Source of the DNA: the human T2T-CHM13v2.0 reference genome, Homo sapiens
DNA: 64,000 nucleotides
Direction: 5' to 3' (one strand)
NCBI RefSeq assembly: GCF_009914755.1
Contig: NC_060933.1
A model generated the notes under the pieces. The model ran no database searches, was not told the origin of the DNA, and saw only the letters and a list, made by a program, of their open reading frames with translations. Shown piece after piece: positions 1 to 22,101 of this stretch (the stretch's first letter is position 1; each line of letters begins with the position of its first letter). The translations under genes were made by a program, and so were the position numbers.

Positions 1-343
1 AACCTCTGGGGTAACCCTCTCCCCTCTAAGACTCAACACCGGCTCCTAAAACCCAACTCCAGCCCCTTGCTACCTGCTTCAAAGCTGGCTTCAGCCCCTG
101 CAGAGACTTCCCCCTAGAGGAGCCCTCGTCCCCAGACAGCCAGGGGCCCCTTCCCTACTCCCATCCTGCCAGGGTGACTGATGTCCAATCCTGCTTCTGC
201 CGTGGCACCTGCATTCTCCTCCACTGCGTGAGTGGAACGGCCGACTTCAGTCTTCCTCTCTTGGCTGTGGCCCCAAGGGCAGAGGCCACTCTACCTGGTC
301 CCCAGTGTCCAGCCCAGGGTGAGCAGAGGAAAGAGCTTGGTAC

Positions 344-538
344 ATTTTTAGTAGAGATGAGGTCTTGCTGTGTTGCTCAGGCTGGTCTCCAACTCCTAAG
401 CTCAAGCAATCCTCCTACCTCGGCCTCCCAAAGTACTGGGATTACAGGCGTGAGCCACCGTGCCCAGCCGAGCCCATTCTTGCAGGTGCAGCCGCATTCA
501 GGAGATGTAGGGGGGCCAGGTCTACAGATGGCCAGGCA
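344..538. repeat. Inverted duplication arm A (Alu left half plus ~70 bp unique flank)
   Basis: Reverse complement of 1295-1489; ungapped, 16 mismatches in 195 by hand count. Confidence 0.92.
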
Positions 539-542
539 CCTA

Positions 543-2155
<1,613 letters not shown>

Positions 2156-5100
2156 TTATCCCCAGTGCCCCTCCCCAGTCCCGGATGGTGGCCGCTGCTG
2201 TTTAGTGGACCCCAGGCTTGTTGTCAAGACACGAAGGTTTGAGGAAACTGGGGGCTGGCTCAGTGAGTGGGCTGGTGAGAGGCAGAGCTGGGACTCGAAC
2301 TCAGATCTGTGTGGGGCGGAGTCACTGGCATCACCACTGGGCGCTATTTCCTCCTGGGGCAAAGGAGGGAGGCCTCCAGGAATCTGAGGATTCAGGGCTG
2401 AGCAGCGGGAGGCAGGTGGGGTGTGGGTGGGAGGGTGGAGGACCCGAGGCCAGGATCCGAGGCCAAATTTGCTGTACTGAGATCTGGGTGATTTGATGGG
2501 GCAGGGTATGGTGGGGCATAAAATACGGCTACCTGCACTGAACTCCCCGGGAGGGAGAGGGAGAGGGAAGACCAGTGGCCGGGAGAGCAAGCCAGACTGC
2601 AGGGCCATTCACACGTCCCGCTAATCTGAAACAAACCAACGGGGAGGCTCAGGGTCCCGCTTGGAGGCCCTGACAGGGTGATGATATACAGATTTTTAAA
2701 TAAATGTATCTCATTAGGGACGCGTTGTCTGGTGAGAGAAAAATGATGTCCTTCCCTGCCCTGCCTCCTATTTCCAAAAAGAAAAAAAAAAATCCAATGC
2801 TACAGCTAAAAAGGAAATTGCATTAATACAGATTGTTTTATTTAAAAAACCTTGACCTCGACTTCAAAAAAAGTCATTAGACATTCTCTTTCTCAAAGGC
2901 TGCCGGAGTGATTACGGGGAGGCCTGCTCCTTTCTCAATGACTTACTGTTCCTGCACTGCTCAGGGAAATGTGTGAGGGATCGGGGAGTAATTTAAGGCT
3001 GCCTGCAGAAAGGTGTGTAAATCTTTGCACGTTTAAAGAAACTTTACCAGACCACTAACTCAGAGGAAAAGAAAACTGGAAGAGTCCGCACCCCCTCCTC
3101 CTTTTTTCCGTTTCTTTCCTTTGGAACTCTGATCTCTTTGATCGTAAACATGATCATATTTCACTCCCAAAATATCAGCAATCAGCGGACTAAGGAAGTG
3201 GGAGCCCACGGGGAGTTTCGCCGCCGATTAGGCCCTTGGTTTAATTATTTAACGCCTGCCTGGATCGTGCAGGCTGTGAATACACCCTCCTGGCGCGGGT
3301 TCAAGAGTAAGTTATAAATAATAATAACTATTATATCCCCAATTAAGCCCGTGAGCTGAGAGCCTGGTCCCAATCCTCAGCCCCGCCTGGTCGTCAGCCA
3401 CTGTGCTCCCCATCCTCACATGCCCCCCCACGCTGTGTGCAGTGGACAGCCTCACACAGCTCCACCGCACCGCAGGGGAATCGCAGCAAGATGTAGGGCC
3501 CGGGGAGGGAGGAAGGCAGGCCCTGAGGGCTCCAGAAGGCTCTGGGAAGTCTCAGGGCCCCCCAGGCCTCAGCCTGTGCCCCTCGCCTCAGGCATCCTTC
3601 CCACGACTCCCAGGGAAGGAACGACAGGGGAGAGTGGGGAAAGTTTGCCAGGAGACAATTTGGAGAGCAGTAGTGGGAGTTGGGTCCCAGATTCGCGGTT
3701 AGTCCTTTCTTCTCCGAGCCTCAGTTTCCCCATTTGTAACTGAAGGGAGTTCTCCAGCAAGGGTCATCCTGGGAGCTGTGTCTGTCCCAGAAACCCAAAG
3801 CCCACAGTTTGGAAGACGTCTTTGTTGGAAGAGTGGTCAAGCCTGTCCGAGTTCAGTCTGCAGTAACCAGGCTGCCACAGCTGGACCGTAGCATCTCCTC
3901 AAGAGGCCCACTGGGGTTCACGGCCCGGTGCACACCCGGGATGCCTCAGTGTATAGTAGGTGCTCAATAAATCATGGTGGTGTGAATCATTCAGGATTGT
4001 TTCCCATTGGGCTCCCTGTGAAGCCTGCAGTCCCTGAGGGGTGGCAAGGGGGTTGCCTGGCCTACAGCCCTGCTCTCCTGGAGCCCTGCGCCAAGTAGGC
4101 ACCCAAAAGTAGCTTGTCATTTGTTTCCACACCCAGATCTGGGCCTGTCCTTGCTCTGCTGGGTCCTCAGGATTCCAACCTACCTAACAGCCCCCACAGG
4201 ATTGGCCAAAGTACAGTCCACCACCCTGGTGCCGGTCATTTCCTGCCAGGTGGGCAGTGGAGACCCTGACCACCAGCATTCCACCAGATGCTCACTCTTG
4301 GGCTCGCCGTGTAGGGAGCCCTGCTATGTGCCAGCTGCCCCCGCCTCCTGTAGCAGTTTCTCCTGTGTAAGGCTTTGGGGACTTCATGGTGAAAAGGACA
4401 CACAAAGTCTTTGGACTCTCATCTACAGCGTCAAGAGGGCACAGCAAACAGCTTACAGTGAGGAAGCTGAGGCTCAGAGAGGGAAGTGAGTTGCCTAAAG
4501 TCACACGCAAGCCCACAGTGGGACCGGCCTTGAACCCAGCAGGATCTTCCCACTTAGGACAGGTTCTCTCTCTATGTTGGCTTTCTCGAAGCCTTTCTTC
4601 CCATCCATAGGTGATGTTCACTGAATATTTTCAACATATGGGCTCCTGCTAGGCTTTTTATTATACATGGATCTTTTCATTTGATTCTCAGAACCCTAGC
4701 AGGGAGGTGCTATTATTACCTATGGCTTCACAAGGATGGAAACTGAAACCCAGAGAGGTGAAGTGACCCAATCAATGTCCGGCAGCTGGAGAGTGTCGAA
4801 TGTGGGGCCAGCACCTATAAAAGATTTAAAACAAAAACAGGAAAACAAAGAACCATGTGGGAGGAGAAGAAAAGGGGGGCTAATACACTGACTTGCCACC
4901 TGGACAGATAGAGCTACTGTGATTACATCATAACACTAGCTCTGGGTTTCCTGGTAGCCAAGGCAAAAAGGGGAATACAGCAGGTTGCCCAGGTTTCATT
5001 ATTTGTTTTTTTGTTTGTTTGTTTGTTGTTTTTTTAAAGGAGAGACTATAATTCTTCAAGGAAAAAAAGATAACTTCCTGGCCCTTAATTCTCATGGAAC

Positions 5101-5883
5101 AACTTGGCGTGATGATTGAGAGGCTGACAAACTTACTGGGACACAGAGCTTAAGATCTCTGAGCCTCAGTTTCCCTTCCTTGCATGAGAGTCGTAAGGAG
5201 GCTTTGAGACAATACGGTTTAGTATTAATACATTGCCTGGCTTACAGTAAGGCTCCTTAAGTGGGACCCTGCTATTGTGGAGCTCATCTTTATCTTTGAA
5301 TTTGCAAGTAGGTCAGAACCTTTTTCAAAGGGGTGTACGATTTCAACCCTCACCAAGAGCTGAGCACCAGTCACTTACTTCAGCAGGGTATCCCAGTCAG
5401 GAGATCCTCAGGAAGGAAACCAAGGCTAGGAAATGTTGAGCAGCGAGCCAAGAGAGATAGCCAGATATTCTACCCCCCCGAGCTCAGCCTCCACTTCCCA
5501 GGGGATAGACTGGGGTCTGGGATGAGCAGGGAGCTCCACTGTAATCTCAGCCTGACACAATATTTACAGAACGCTGTGGTCTGTCACGGTCACACCTAGT
5601 CATGTCTGAGTCACATCAGCCTGCGGTGTTTATGATTCCCCAGACACACAGCAGTGAGCACAACTTCGCCTGTGTGCCTCTGTGTCCCCTCCCTGTTCAA
5701 TTGCCTTCTTCAGAACAGGCTCTTGGGTCTGTGGCTGCAGGGGCTGATCAACTGAACCAGAAGGGCTGCAGGATTCCATCTTGTCCTTGGTCTCTGTTTC
5801 CCCATCTGTGAAACGGGCCTAGTCCTTGAGTCATTGACGATCAAGTGTCTTGCAGAGGTTGTGATGGTTTAAAAATGACACTA

Positions 5884-6515
<632 letters not shown>

Positions 6516-6519
6516 GGGT

Positions 6520-6772
6520 AGTGAATATAAACAGACATTTCACAAGTAAGAAACGCAAGTGGCCATTAAATATCAGACACTTACCTTTAGCAATAACTCC
6601 AGATATGCAGATTGAAACAGAGAAATACCTTTTGAAATTTAAAGTAAATTATAGTAGTTTGTGCTAGCAAGGATACAGAGAAGCTGCCAGGAGTAGAAGT
6701 TGATACAACCTTTCTGAAGACAAAGTGGTAATATTATCAAAAGTCTTCAATCTGTGTAGAATCTTTGACCCA
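6520..6772 (+). mobile_element. Old L1 (L1M-type) fragment
   Basis: aaacagacatttcac...gatatgcagattgaaac... resembles degraded L1 ORF2 3' end. Confidence 0.55.
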
Positions 6773-6782
6773 GTGTGTTAGT

Positions 6783-9268
<2,486 letters not shown>

Positions 9269-10246
9269 GAAAAAGTCTTGAACGCCTCGTGTGTGTGTTA
9301 AGGCCTTTTAGGAATGGGTTATAGGTGATTTTTATTCTCTTAATTCTAATGATGCTTTCTAAAATCTCAACCATAACATATTACTTTTGCAATAAGAAAA
9401 GTTACCTTTTCATTTTTAACATGTGAGCTTTTGAGACTGGGGCAAATATGAGTTTTCACTGAAGGTCAGACCTAGAACTTAGCCTCAAATGGAACCACCA
9501 GTGAATAATCAGCTCCTTCTCCGCGAATCCCATCTGGTGAGCAGGGGCCCTCTTTCTTTCCCTTCCCTTTCTCCCTGGCTGGCTGCAGTGCCCGGCTCAG
9601 TAACCACAAGTTGATCTGAGAGGTTCTGAATGGGAATCCTATTTGCCCTCCATTTCCTCTTCTGGGTTAGCCTCTCAGATTTATCAAAATCATCATGAAA
9701 TGATTTATTTTTAGCCATATCCCTTTGGGGTGATGAGTCCCTGAGTTCTGCCCTCCTGGGATTCCCTGGAGTTTCCTTGGGTGTATTCCCAGGCTGGATC
9801 AGAGCTGACGCTCATGCTCAGCAGGTTATAAAACAGGAGGTAAACATACTTCCACTTTTATAACATAGGACTATAGTATACAATCCTAAACATAAAACTA
9901 TATGTAGGACTGTATATTATAGAACTTTCTTCATCTCTCTAGATATATAGAGATAAGCTACAAAGATATATTCGAATTATTTTTAGTTCATCCCTTTTTC
10001 TTGTCTTATTGCTTTCTTGTCTTATTGCACAGTGCAGCAGTCTATGCCCTTTGCCCCACCCTTCCATCCCTGCCCCAACCCCAGCCCTTATCCCCAGGCT
10101 GGGCAAGGGAATAGGCAGCAACAATAATGATGGTAAATCCACAAGAACCCTTTGGATTGGCTCCTCTACTATTCCTATTTTACAGACGATGGGACAGACT
10201 CAGGGAGGATGGGCAAGTGACATATTCAAGGCCACGCAGCCAGTAA

Positions 10247-12942
<2,696 letters not shown>

Positions 12943-12990
12943 TAATGTATTATAATGTATTGCTAGGCTTTCCTTAAAAATAGTGTTCCC

Positions 12991-13425
<435 letters not shown>

Positions 13426-14460
13426 TTATGCCTCGTAGTGAGGGCAGGGCGACAGAGGGACGGGCCGGTGAGCGGCTGTCCTGGAGAAAGAGCAGTGGCA
13501 TCCGGGGGGCTTAGGGTCTCAGGTCTGCTCACTCCGCACATCTTTTCTGTGCTTTCATTGAAAAACAAAACTGAAACAAGAGCGGACACCTAAGTCTGCC
13601 TCTCTCTTTCCTGTCACCCGTCTCAGGCTGGCTGTCCTCTGTGTGTGCGCCAGGAATTCTGCAACGAAGCGCCTGCCTCTCCGCTTGGTTTTCCTTGGGG
13701 AAGGGCCTGGGGCCTCCTGGGGGGTGGGCACCGGGTGTGTGGGTGTGTGTGGGGGACCTGGCAGGGAGCAGCGGGGGAGAGGCGGGGTGGGGGGTCGCGT
13801 ACACCCCAGGAGCCTGAGGATGCGCTGCCTGCTGGGAGAGACAGCCTTGGGGCGGGTGGTGTGCACAGAGCTCTGTCGGCCAGCGCGGGCGGGCGGGGCC
13901 GTTGTTGGGGGCGCTGAGGCGAGTGAGGCTGGAGCTGGGAGTGGGGGGCTCGTCGCCTTCGTCTCTGGGCCGCCCCCTCCACCTGCGGAGGCGATTGTAA
14001 AGGGAAGGGGGGAATCCCTCTGCCATCACCTCCCAGATACTTGGGGGATGGAAAACGACAAAACACGGAACCTCCCACTCCCTAAAAAGTGGGTGGGGAG
14101 GGTGAAGGGAGGACACCCCTTCCCCGCCCCCAGCGCCAGCAGCCGGGGTGGGGGCGGGCGAGGCGCGCGGGGAGGAGAGGGCGGAGGAGAGGACGGGGGG
14201 CGAGGTTTGCTTCAAGAAGGGGCGTGTGGCCGGCGCAGCGCGTGCACCAGCGGCTCCGGAGCGAGCGGCCGTGGCTGAGAAGGGGAGGGCGGAAAGTTTG
14301 TTTCCCCGACGTCAGCGCCGGGCGGGCCGCGAGGCTAGGAGGCGGCGGGAGCTGGGCAGAGCGCGGGGCGGCCGGGGCTCTCGCTCCGACCCGCGCCCGC
14401 GACCCTTCCTGGGACCCGAGCCCGAGACCCCCGCCGGCCCCCCCGGGGCCGCTCGCGGGC

Positions 14461-14719
14461 ATGGACAGCGCGGCCGCCGCCTTCGCCCTGGACAAGCCGG
14501 CGCTGGGCCCGGGGCCGCCGCCGCCTCCACCCGCGCTGGGGCCCGGCGACTGCGCCCAGGCGCGCAAGAACTTCTCGGTGAGCCACCTCCTGGACCTGGA
14601 AGAGGTGGCGGCGGCCGGGCGGCTGGCGGCGCGCCCCGGGGCCAGGGCCGAGGCGCGGGAGGGCGCAGCACGGGAGCCGTCCGGGGGCAGCAGCGGCAGC
14701 GAGGCGGCGCCGCAGGATG
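14461..14719 (+). CDS. PRRX2: PRRX2 coding exon 1 (N-terminal 86 aa + 1 nt, phase 1); remaining exons including the homeobox are outside the window
   Basis: Translation [86 protein letters not shown] matches the PRRX2 N-terminus as I recall it, including the PRX-domain motif KNFSVSHLLDLEE shared with PRRX1. Strong Kozak context gggcATGG; canonical donor G|GTGAGT at 14719/14720. Confidence 0.96.
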
Positions 14720-14750
14720 GTGAGTACGGCCGGCCAGGGACGGGGGTGGC

Positions 14751-14780
14751 GGGGCCGGGGCCGGGGCCGGGGCCGGGGCG
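14751..14780 (+). repeat. (GGGGCC)4 GGGGCG hexanucleotide tract, G-quadruplex prone
   Basis: Read directly from the sequence, starting 31 nt after the exon 1 donor. Confidence 0.95.
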
Positions 14781-16087
14781 CGGGGTCCGGGGAGCCGGCG
14801 CGGGGCGGGCGAAGATGCAGGGCGCGTGGTCGGCGGCAGGACTTCTGGGGGCGCGTGTAAGTGACGGTGGACGGCGGTTGACCAGCACTCTGGGCTGGGG
14901 GAGGGGGACCCTCTTCGGGTCTTGGGGTGCGTCCCCACGGGGAAGTGCGCTGCCTTCGCTCCCCAGTATTCGGCTCCCGAACAGCCTGGGAAGTGGGTGT
15001 GGCTGCTGCCGGGTTACAACTGGGGAAACAGAGACCTGAGTCGGGCAAAGCCGCTGAGCTGCACGTTGGGGTTTCAAACCCGCCCCCTCCCGCACGAGCT
15101 AGCGCCGCCCCAGCTCCTCCTCGGTCTTAAGTTGGGCTCTTTGGGGGGCGAGGGTGCCTGCCCACCCCCCCCCACCCTCCAGTTTGCCCCGGGAGCAGCT
15201 GCCTCGGTGGAACGGCCCAGCCAGGCCTCTCTTCCCCGGCAGAGGTCAAAGGTCATCAGGAAGGGGCTTTAAAAACAAACAACCCACCCAAGTGGCCTTT
15301 TTCAAAAAGTGACACAGGATGGCAGGGTCCTGAGCCCTTGGTAAGAAGGGGAGGGACGGGGAGAAGATGGAGAAAAAGCAAAGGCCCCAGCCCCGGACGG
15401 TTCAGTGGGGGAGGGGAGGACCGGAGTCCTCGCGGCTCAGCACACACTAAGGATGGGGGCCCGGTGATCTGAAACCAGGCCCCTGTCCCCTAGCTCTGGG
15501 GATGGGCCGGCCTGCTGGGGGCTCTGGGCCCCTGAAGTGTGCCCGCCTGACTCCAGCAGCCCTCCCACCCGCCCCGGGGGACCCTGTTCCCGGCACCAGC
15601 CTCCAGGTCTCAGGGTGCCCAGGCTGGTGGCTGCGTTCCTTGGCTTTTCAGAGACAGGAGGTGCAGGGAAAACAGAGGTGGCTGCAGCCTAGTCTGAATC
15701 CATGTGCGTCCACGAGGACGCCTGCGACACGCCTGCCTTTCACGGGGCACCTTCTGCCAGCCTGTGGCTGAGATGAAGCCACTGGCTCCCTCATGGCAGC
15801 GGCCACCACTCACTGGCCACAGTGGACTGGCCACTGGCTGCACCCTCCGGGGTGAGTGTGAAGCCAGCAGACCTCCCAGGAGTTGGGGTTTAGCTCCTCA
15901 GTAGAAAAGGGGAGGGAGATGTCCACTCTGGCCCGGAGGAAAGCAGGTGCCCTCTGGTTTGTGCTGGGGGAATGCCCTGCCGGCCCAAGGTCATTTGAGG
16001 ACCTCAGCGGCTCTGAGCCGGTCCCCCAACCCCAGGACAGAGGAGAGGTCCCGGTTTACCCTGATGAAGGGAGACTCCAGGGGTTGG

Positions 16088-16225
16088 GAAGAGAAGGAGG
16101 AACAACTTGAAGGTGAAGGGAAAGAAGGAAAGGAGAAGGCAAGGAAAGGAGAGAGAGAGGGAGGAGAGACAGAGGAAGAGGAAGGAAGGGAGAGGAGAGA
16201 GGGGTGAGGAGGGAAGGAAGGGGGC
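16088..16225 (+). repeat. GA-rich polypurine tract
   Basis: Almost pure A/G for about 135 nt. Confidence 0.85.
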
Positions 16226-17088
16226 CAGGGTGTCTCGTACTCCAGTCCTGGCCAGGGGACGGCCTGCCCATTTCTGACCTACCCCTGCTGTGGGGACAGC
16301 CAGGGAAGGCCGTGCTTCTCCCGGACACGGTGTTGGAGGTCTCTGGTGGCGGGTTTCCCCGGGGATCCCAGAACAGCTAGTGTCAGCTGGGGATGTGGGC
16401 GCCTAGACAAGGCCCTTGGCAGCCTCCAGGCAGCTGGGTGTGCAGTGGGTCTCCCCAGCAGCTCCCTGGGGCTAGCCACCCTCCTGGAGAGCCCATGAGG
16501 CCTCCAGGCCTTCTCCTAAGAAGGGGCATTGGCACACTGGGAGTACCCAGGCATGCTTGGGACACACTGGGTGTGGGATCAGGTGGGGTGGGGTCTGGGC
16601 CAGGCTCCAGGAGGCGCTCGTGGGCTGGTCCGTCTTGGAAGCTGCCTAGCTCTGCCCTGAGGACGATGGAGCCCTGGCAGGGAGAGTCCCTGGGCTCCGC
16701 CCGGGGTGTGGCCCGGATCTGGGTCTACAGGCAGAAGGTGGAGAGAGGGGACTGCAGGGCAGGCGCCAGTTTCCAACTCATCCATCTGGGTCAGGCGGCC
16801 CCACCACTGCCACTTGCTGTGGACTCCCAAGTCCTGAAGGCTCCAAAGGTGGGGGAGATGGGATCCTTCTTTCCCCATCATCGACCCTTTGAAAGTGGGC
16901 AGCCAAACCTTGCTGGGCTTGCCGGGACTGCAGACCCCAGGCCAGTGGGCTGAGTCTTGGGTTGCGGCATCATCCTCCAGTCCTGGACATACAGGAGCCC
17001 GGTCCCCTCACCACGGATCCAGACATGCTTGGAGGTGGGTTTTCCTGTGGCTCTTGGAGTTGTTTTCAGGTCCAAAGAAAGATGGTCT

Positions 17089-17687
<599 letters not shown>

Positions 17688-18409
17688 ATGGGGGACACCA
17701 ATGAGTTAGGAATTAATACGTCTTCAATCTGCTGGGATAGCAGGCTCAAACTTTTTTTAATTTAAAAATTTTTGTTTGCACAAAGCCACCAGTAGATAAA
17801 GCCCGCTACTGCCAATGACTTTCTAAGACCAGGCTCCCTCCAGAAATGGCCGGGAAGACCGTGGCTTCGCCAGTGACTCAGAACAAACCAGGGTCGCGGG
17901 TTCCTTCCTCGCCAGTCAAACGCTGAGGGCTGCACCAGGCACGTTAGGAAAACAAACCCTGGTTTGCTGCCTTTGCAATGACTTACAACAAAAGAAACCA
18001 CATTAATAACTGAGATTTTCTCTAAAGCATTCCCTCCTGTGGGCAGAGTGGAAACGGGGACGTGGACACACTGGGAAAATAAACAAAGCCCCTAGAGCCA
18101 GGCAGGGGTGAGGCCTCTGGCCAGGGAAGGCTGGGCGGCCAGTGCTCAGGGCTGGTACCTGCTTTGGAAAACCCCAGGATTCACTGCAGGAGAAACCTTG
18201 GGATCCCACGTGGATTCATTTTCCAGAGATTTCGGAAGATGAAGTGCTTGCATCTAAGGCACGGGGCAAGGCAGGGTGAGGTGGGAGCCCTCGAGGGGCT
18301 GTCGGTGCATCTGTTCATAGGGGTGGGTCTGGTTTGTGGTGGGGGTCCCCAGGGCTCAGCTCAGGGCCTGAGTTAAGAGACTGAGTTAAGAGACTGGCAG
18401 ACCTACCTT

Positions 18410-19315
<906 letters not shown>

Positions 19316-21475
19316 CTTCGGTTTTTAACCGGCCTCCCTGTAACTGATGCTGAAACAGGGCATCATCACAAGACCAGAGCCAGGCTTTGGAGGAAGAGAC
19401 AAAGGGGTCCCTTCAGAGCCCAGCCTTTGAAAGGCAGCTTGCGTTCCTTCCCCTCCCCTCTCCCCTTCCTTCCCCTTTCTCTATTTCCTGGGACAAGGGG
19501 AGTCATGCAGTCAGTGAGCATTCTTTGGGGTGCTGGGATGCTCCAGTTGGGGTCCTTGCTTTTGCCTTCCTCTCCGTGTGTGACCTTGGGGGTGTCATGT
19601 CACCTCTCTGTGCCTCGTTCACCACCTGAACAGTGGGAGATGGCGTACAAGGGTTGGGAGGCCCTCCCGACTGAGATGATTTGACTCAGGCTTAGGAACC
19701 CCATGATGGGCGTGTCTCCCTGGGATGTGGGGTCTCTGAGCCTGGGTCTGAGCTGGGCCTGGTGCCTGGACCCTCAGATGATCATGTCTCAGCAGGAGCC
19801 GGGGAGCAGGGAGGGAGGAGGAGTGAGTGAGAGGCTGAGTGCCCAGGGGGCCTTCCGTTTGGGAACTGCTGGGCCTCCCAGCGTGGCTAGGGCGGGACAG
19901 TGGCCTGCATCTCGGCCTTCTTTTCGCCAGGGAGGGTTGGTTCATTATTTGTGGTTCCAGGACCTCTTGCTCCTCTGTCCAGTAGATCATCTGGGTGGAG
20001 CTTGGGGGCCTGGCACAGGGGGCTTAGACCGGCTTGCCCTTCTCTGTGAGCAGAAACTCAACAGGCTGGAGCCACCACTGTCCCCTCCCAGAAAACTCCA
20101 GAAAAGCAGCTTGGAGCAGTAGTGACAGCGCCGGCTTACACACCTCCCTTGAGGCCTGAAAAGAACCCTGCGAGTCAGTGTTGCCATCTGTGGGATAGGA
20201 ACAAGGGCTGTGGTATCCCTCAAAGGGCGTGTCGAGCCCTGAGTGGGTGAGGGTTCTGGGTACCATGCCTAGTCCACAGTAAAGTGTCTCCACTGCAGCT
20301 CCTGGAGATGCTCTCTGAGGGCCTGTGAGTCAGGCGAGGCTGTCAGAGGCCCAGACAGGCAAAGCAACCTGCCCGAGGCCTCACAGCTGGGAAAGGAGAG
20401 GAGGGATTTGGTTTTGGATCACAAGTCCAGGCCTCCCTCTCCTGCACAGTCCTTGGGCTGGAGGAGTCAGGGAAGGGGAGCTCTCCTGGCTGTTGGGGAG
20501 ATTCTGGCTGAGGCTTGTTGGGGACTAAAGCGGGTGGGAGGGGAGGGGCAGCACGGAACGGGCTCTGTGCCTATGTTAGGCGTTTCTGAGTAGGTGGGGG
20601 CAGGAAGGAAGGTTTGCGGTGGCTTGTCCCAGGCAAGAATGTGGGGTCAGGCTGGACGCGGCAGAACTTGGGGCACTTCCGTGGTTTCCTAGACCCTAAA
20701 GGACAGTGGCTCACCCAGGGTGGAAGGGGACCTTGGGGGTGATTTAAGGGGACCCAATGCTTGCTTGAAGATACCCTTACAGCAGTGTACCACCCTGGGC
20801 CAGAGGCTGCGCCAGTGGAGCAGAAGGGGGTGGCCGTGGTGGGGCTGAAGGAAGGCGTGAGGGGACGTGGTGAGAGTGACCGGGAAGCCTCGTGGGCACA
20901 GCAGCTGTGTGCTCTGCATGTCGGCTGGGGCATCACAGGCCTCACTGGAGTTGTCCTCCTGCCAGCCGTGTGAAGCCCATTTTATGAAGAGGGAAACTGA
21001 GGTGTGAGGTGAAGGTCACACCGTTCCCATTCCTGTAAGATTCCAGCCTGGCCCTCCTGTTCCAAAACCCCTGATCTCTACCACTGCCTGAAGCTGCCCC
21101 TGGCTCCCGGGAATGCTGGGGTGGCCTGACCAGGGATGTCCACACCCAGGCAGGCGCAGGCTGCATTCAGGGGCCGTGAGGTGGCCCGGGGTTGGGGGGT
21201 TTCTCCTTAATATCTCCAGCAACCTGGCCTGGGTCATGTCCCAAGTGTGAGGGAGATGGGTCAGGCCTGGAGAGTGGGGACTGCCCGGGGCTGGGGTGTT
21301 TGACATGGGAGTGTGGGGGTGATGCCCTTCCCCTCCTGCCCAGAAATAACCGGAACGGCCTCCCTCACCTGTCTCCAGCTGCCCGGATGCACGAGAGCTG
21401 TGGAGGGTCCCTGTCTCTGTGTAACAGCAATAGGACAGGTTCCCTTTCCCCCTCCATCCCCAGCTCCCGCACTTG

Positions 21476-21522
21476 TTCATTCATTCATTCATTCATTCAT
21501 TCATTCATTCATTCATTCATTC
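21476..21522. repeat. (TTCA)n microsatellite, probably an L2 tail
   Basis: Read directly from the sequence. Confidence 0.85.
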
Positions 21523-21763
21523 TACAGTCATTTTCCGAACACCTATAATGTGTCAATCCTTGAGTTCCACTGCCGGCCTGTGGTTCCCAGACTTCCAGTT
21601 TTCAAGTCCAGTTAAATTTCCAGTAACTGAGAGGAAGTGGCATACAGTGGACAGCGTTAAAGGTTTGCCAAGAAAAGCCATTTACTCACAGCCCTATGTT
21701 CCCACCCTTTCATCCAAGAAAGAACCTTTTAGTATCTTCATCTCTGAGTACAGAAAGGTTCTT

Positions 21764-22101
<338 letters not shown>

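Larger units (their letters stand above)
13620..15260 (+). promoter_or_regulatory. CpG island / TATA-less PRRX2 promoter and 5' UTR
   Basis: Very high GC and CpG density around exon 1; GC boxes (GGGGCGGG near 14151); CRE-like GACGTCA at 14308-14314; no TATA box. TSS cannot be placed from sequence alone. Confidence 0.88.

Noticed and set aside
14089-14460. In-frame upstream extension of the PRRX2 ORF (316-aa call)
   Set aside because: Starts at GTG in an extremely GC-rich region where stops are rare. The ATG at 14461 has a strong Kozak context and gives the known N-terminus.
13529-15095. Long overlapping minus-strand ORFs across the promoter island (228, 337, 208 and 237 aa)
   Set aside because: Low-complexity Pro/Ala/Arg/Gly translations typical of CpG islands; no domain recognised.
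18368-18396. CTGAGTTAAGAGA tandem duplication
   Set aside because: Simple 13-bp slippage duplication with nothing to suggest function.
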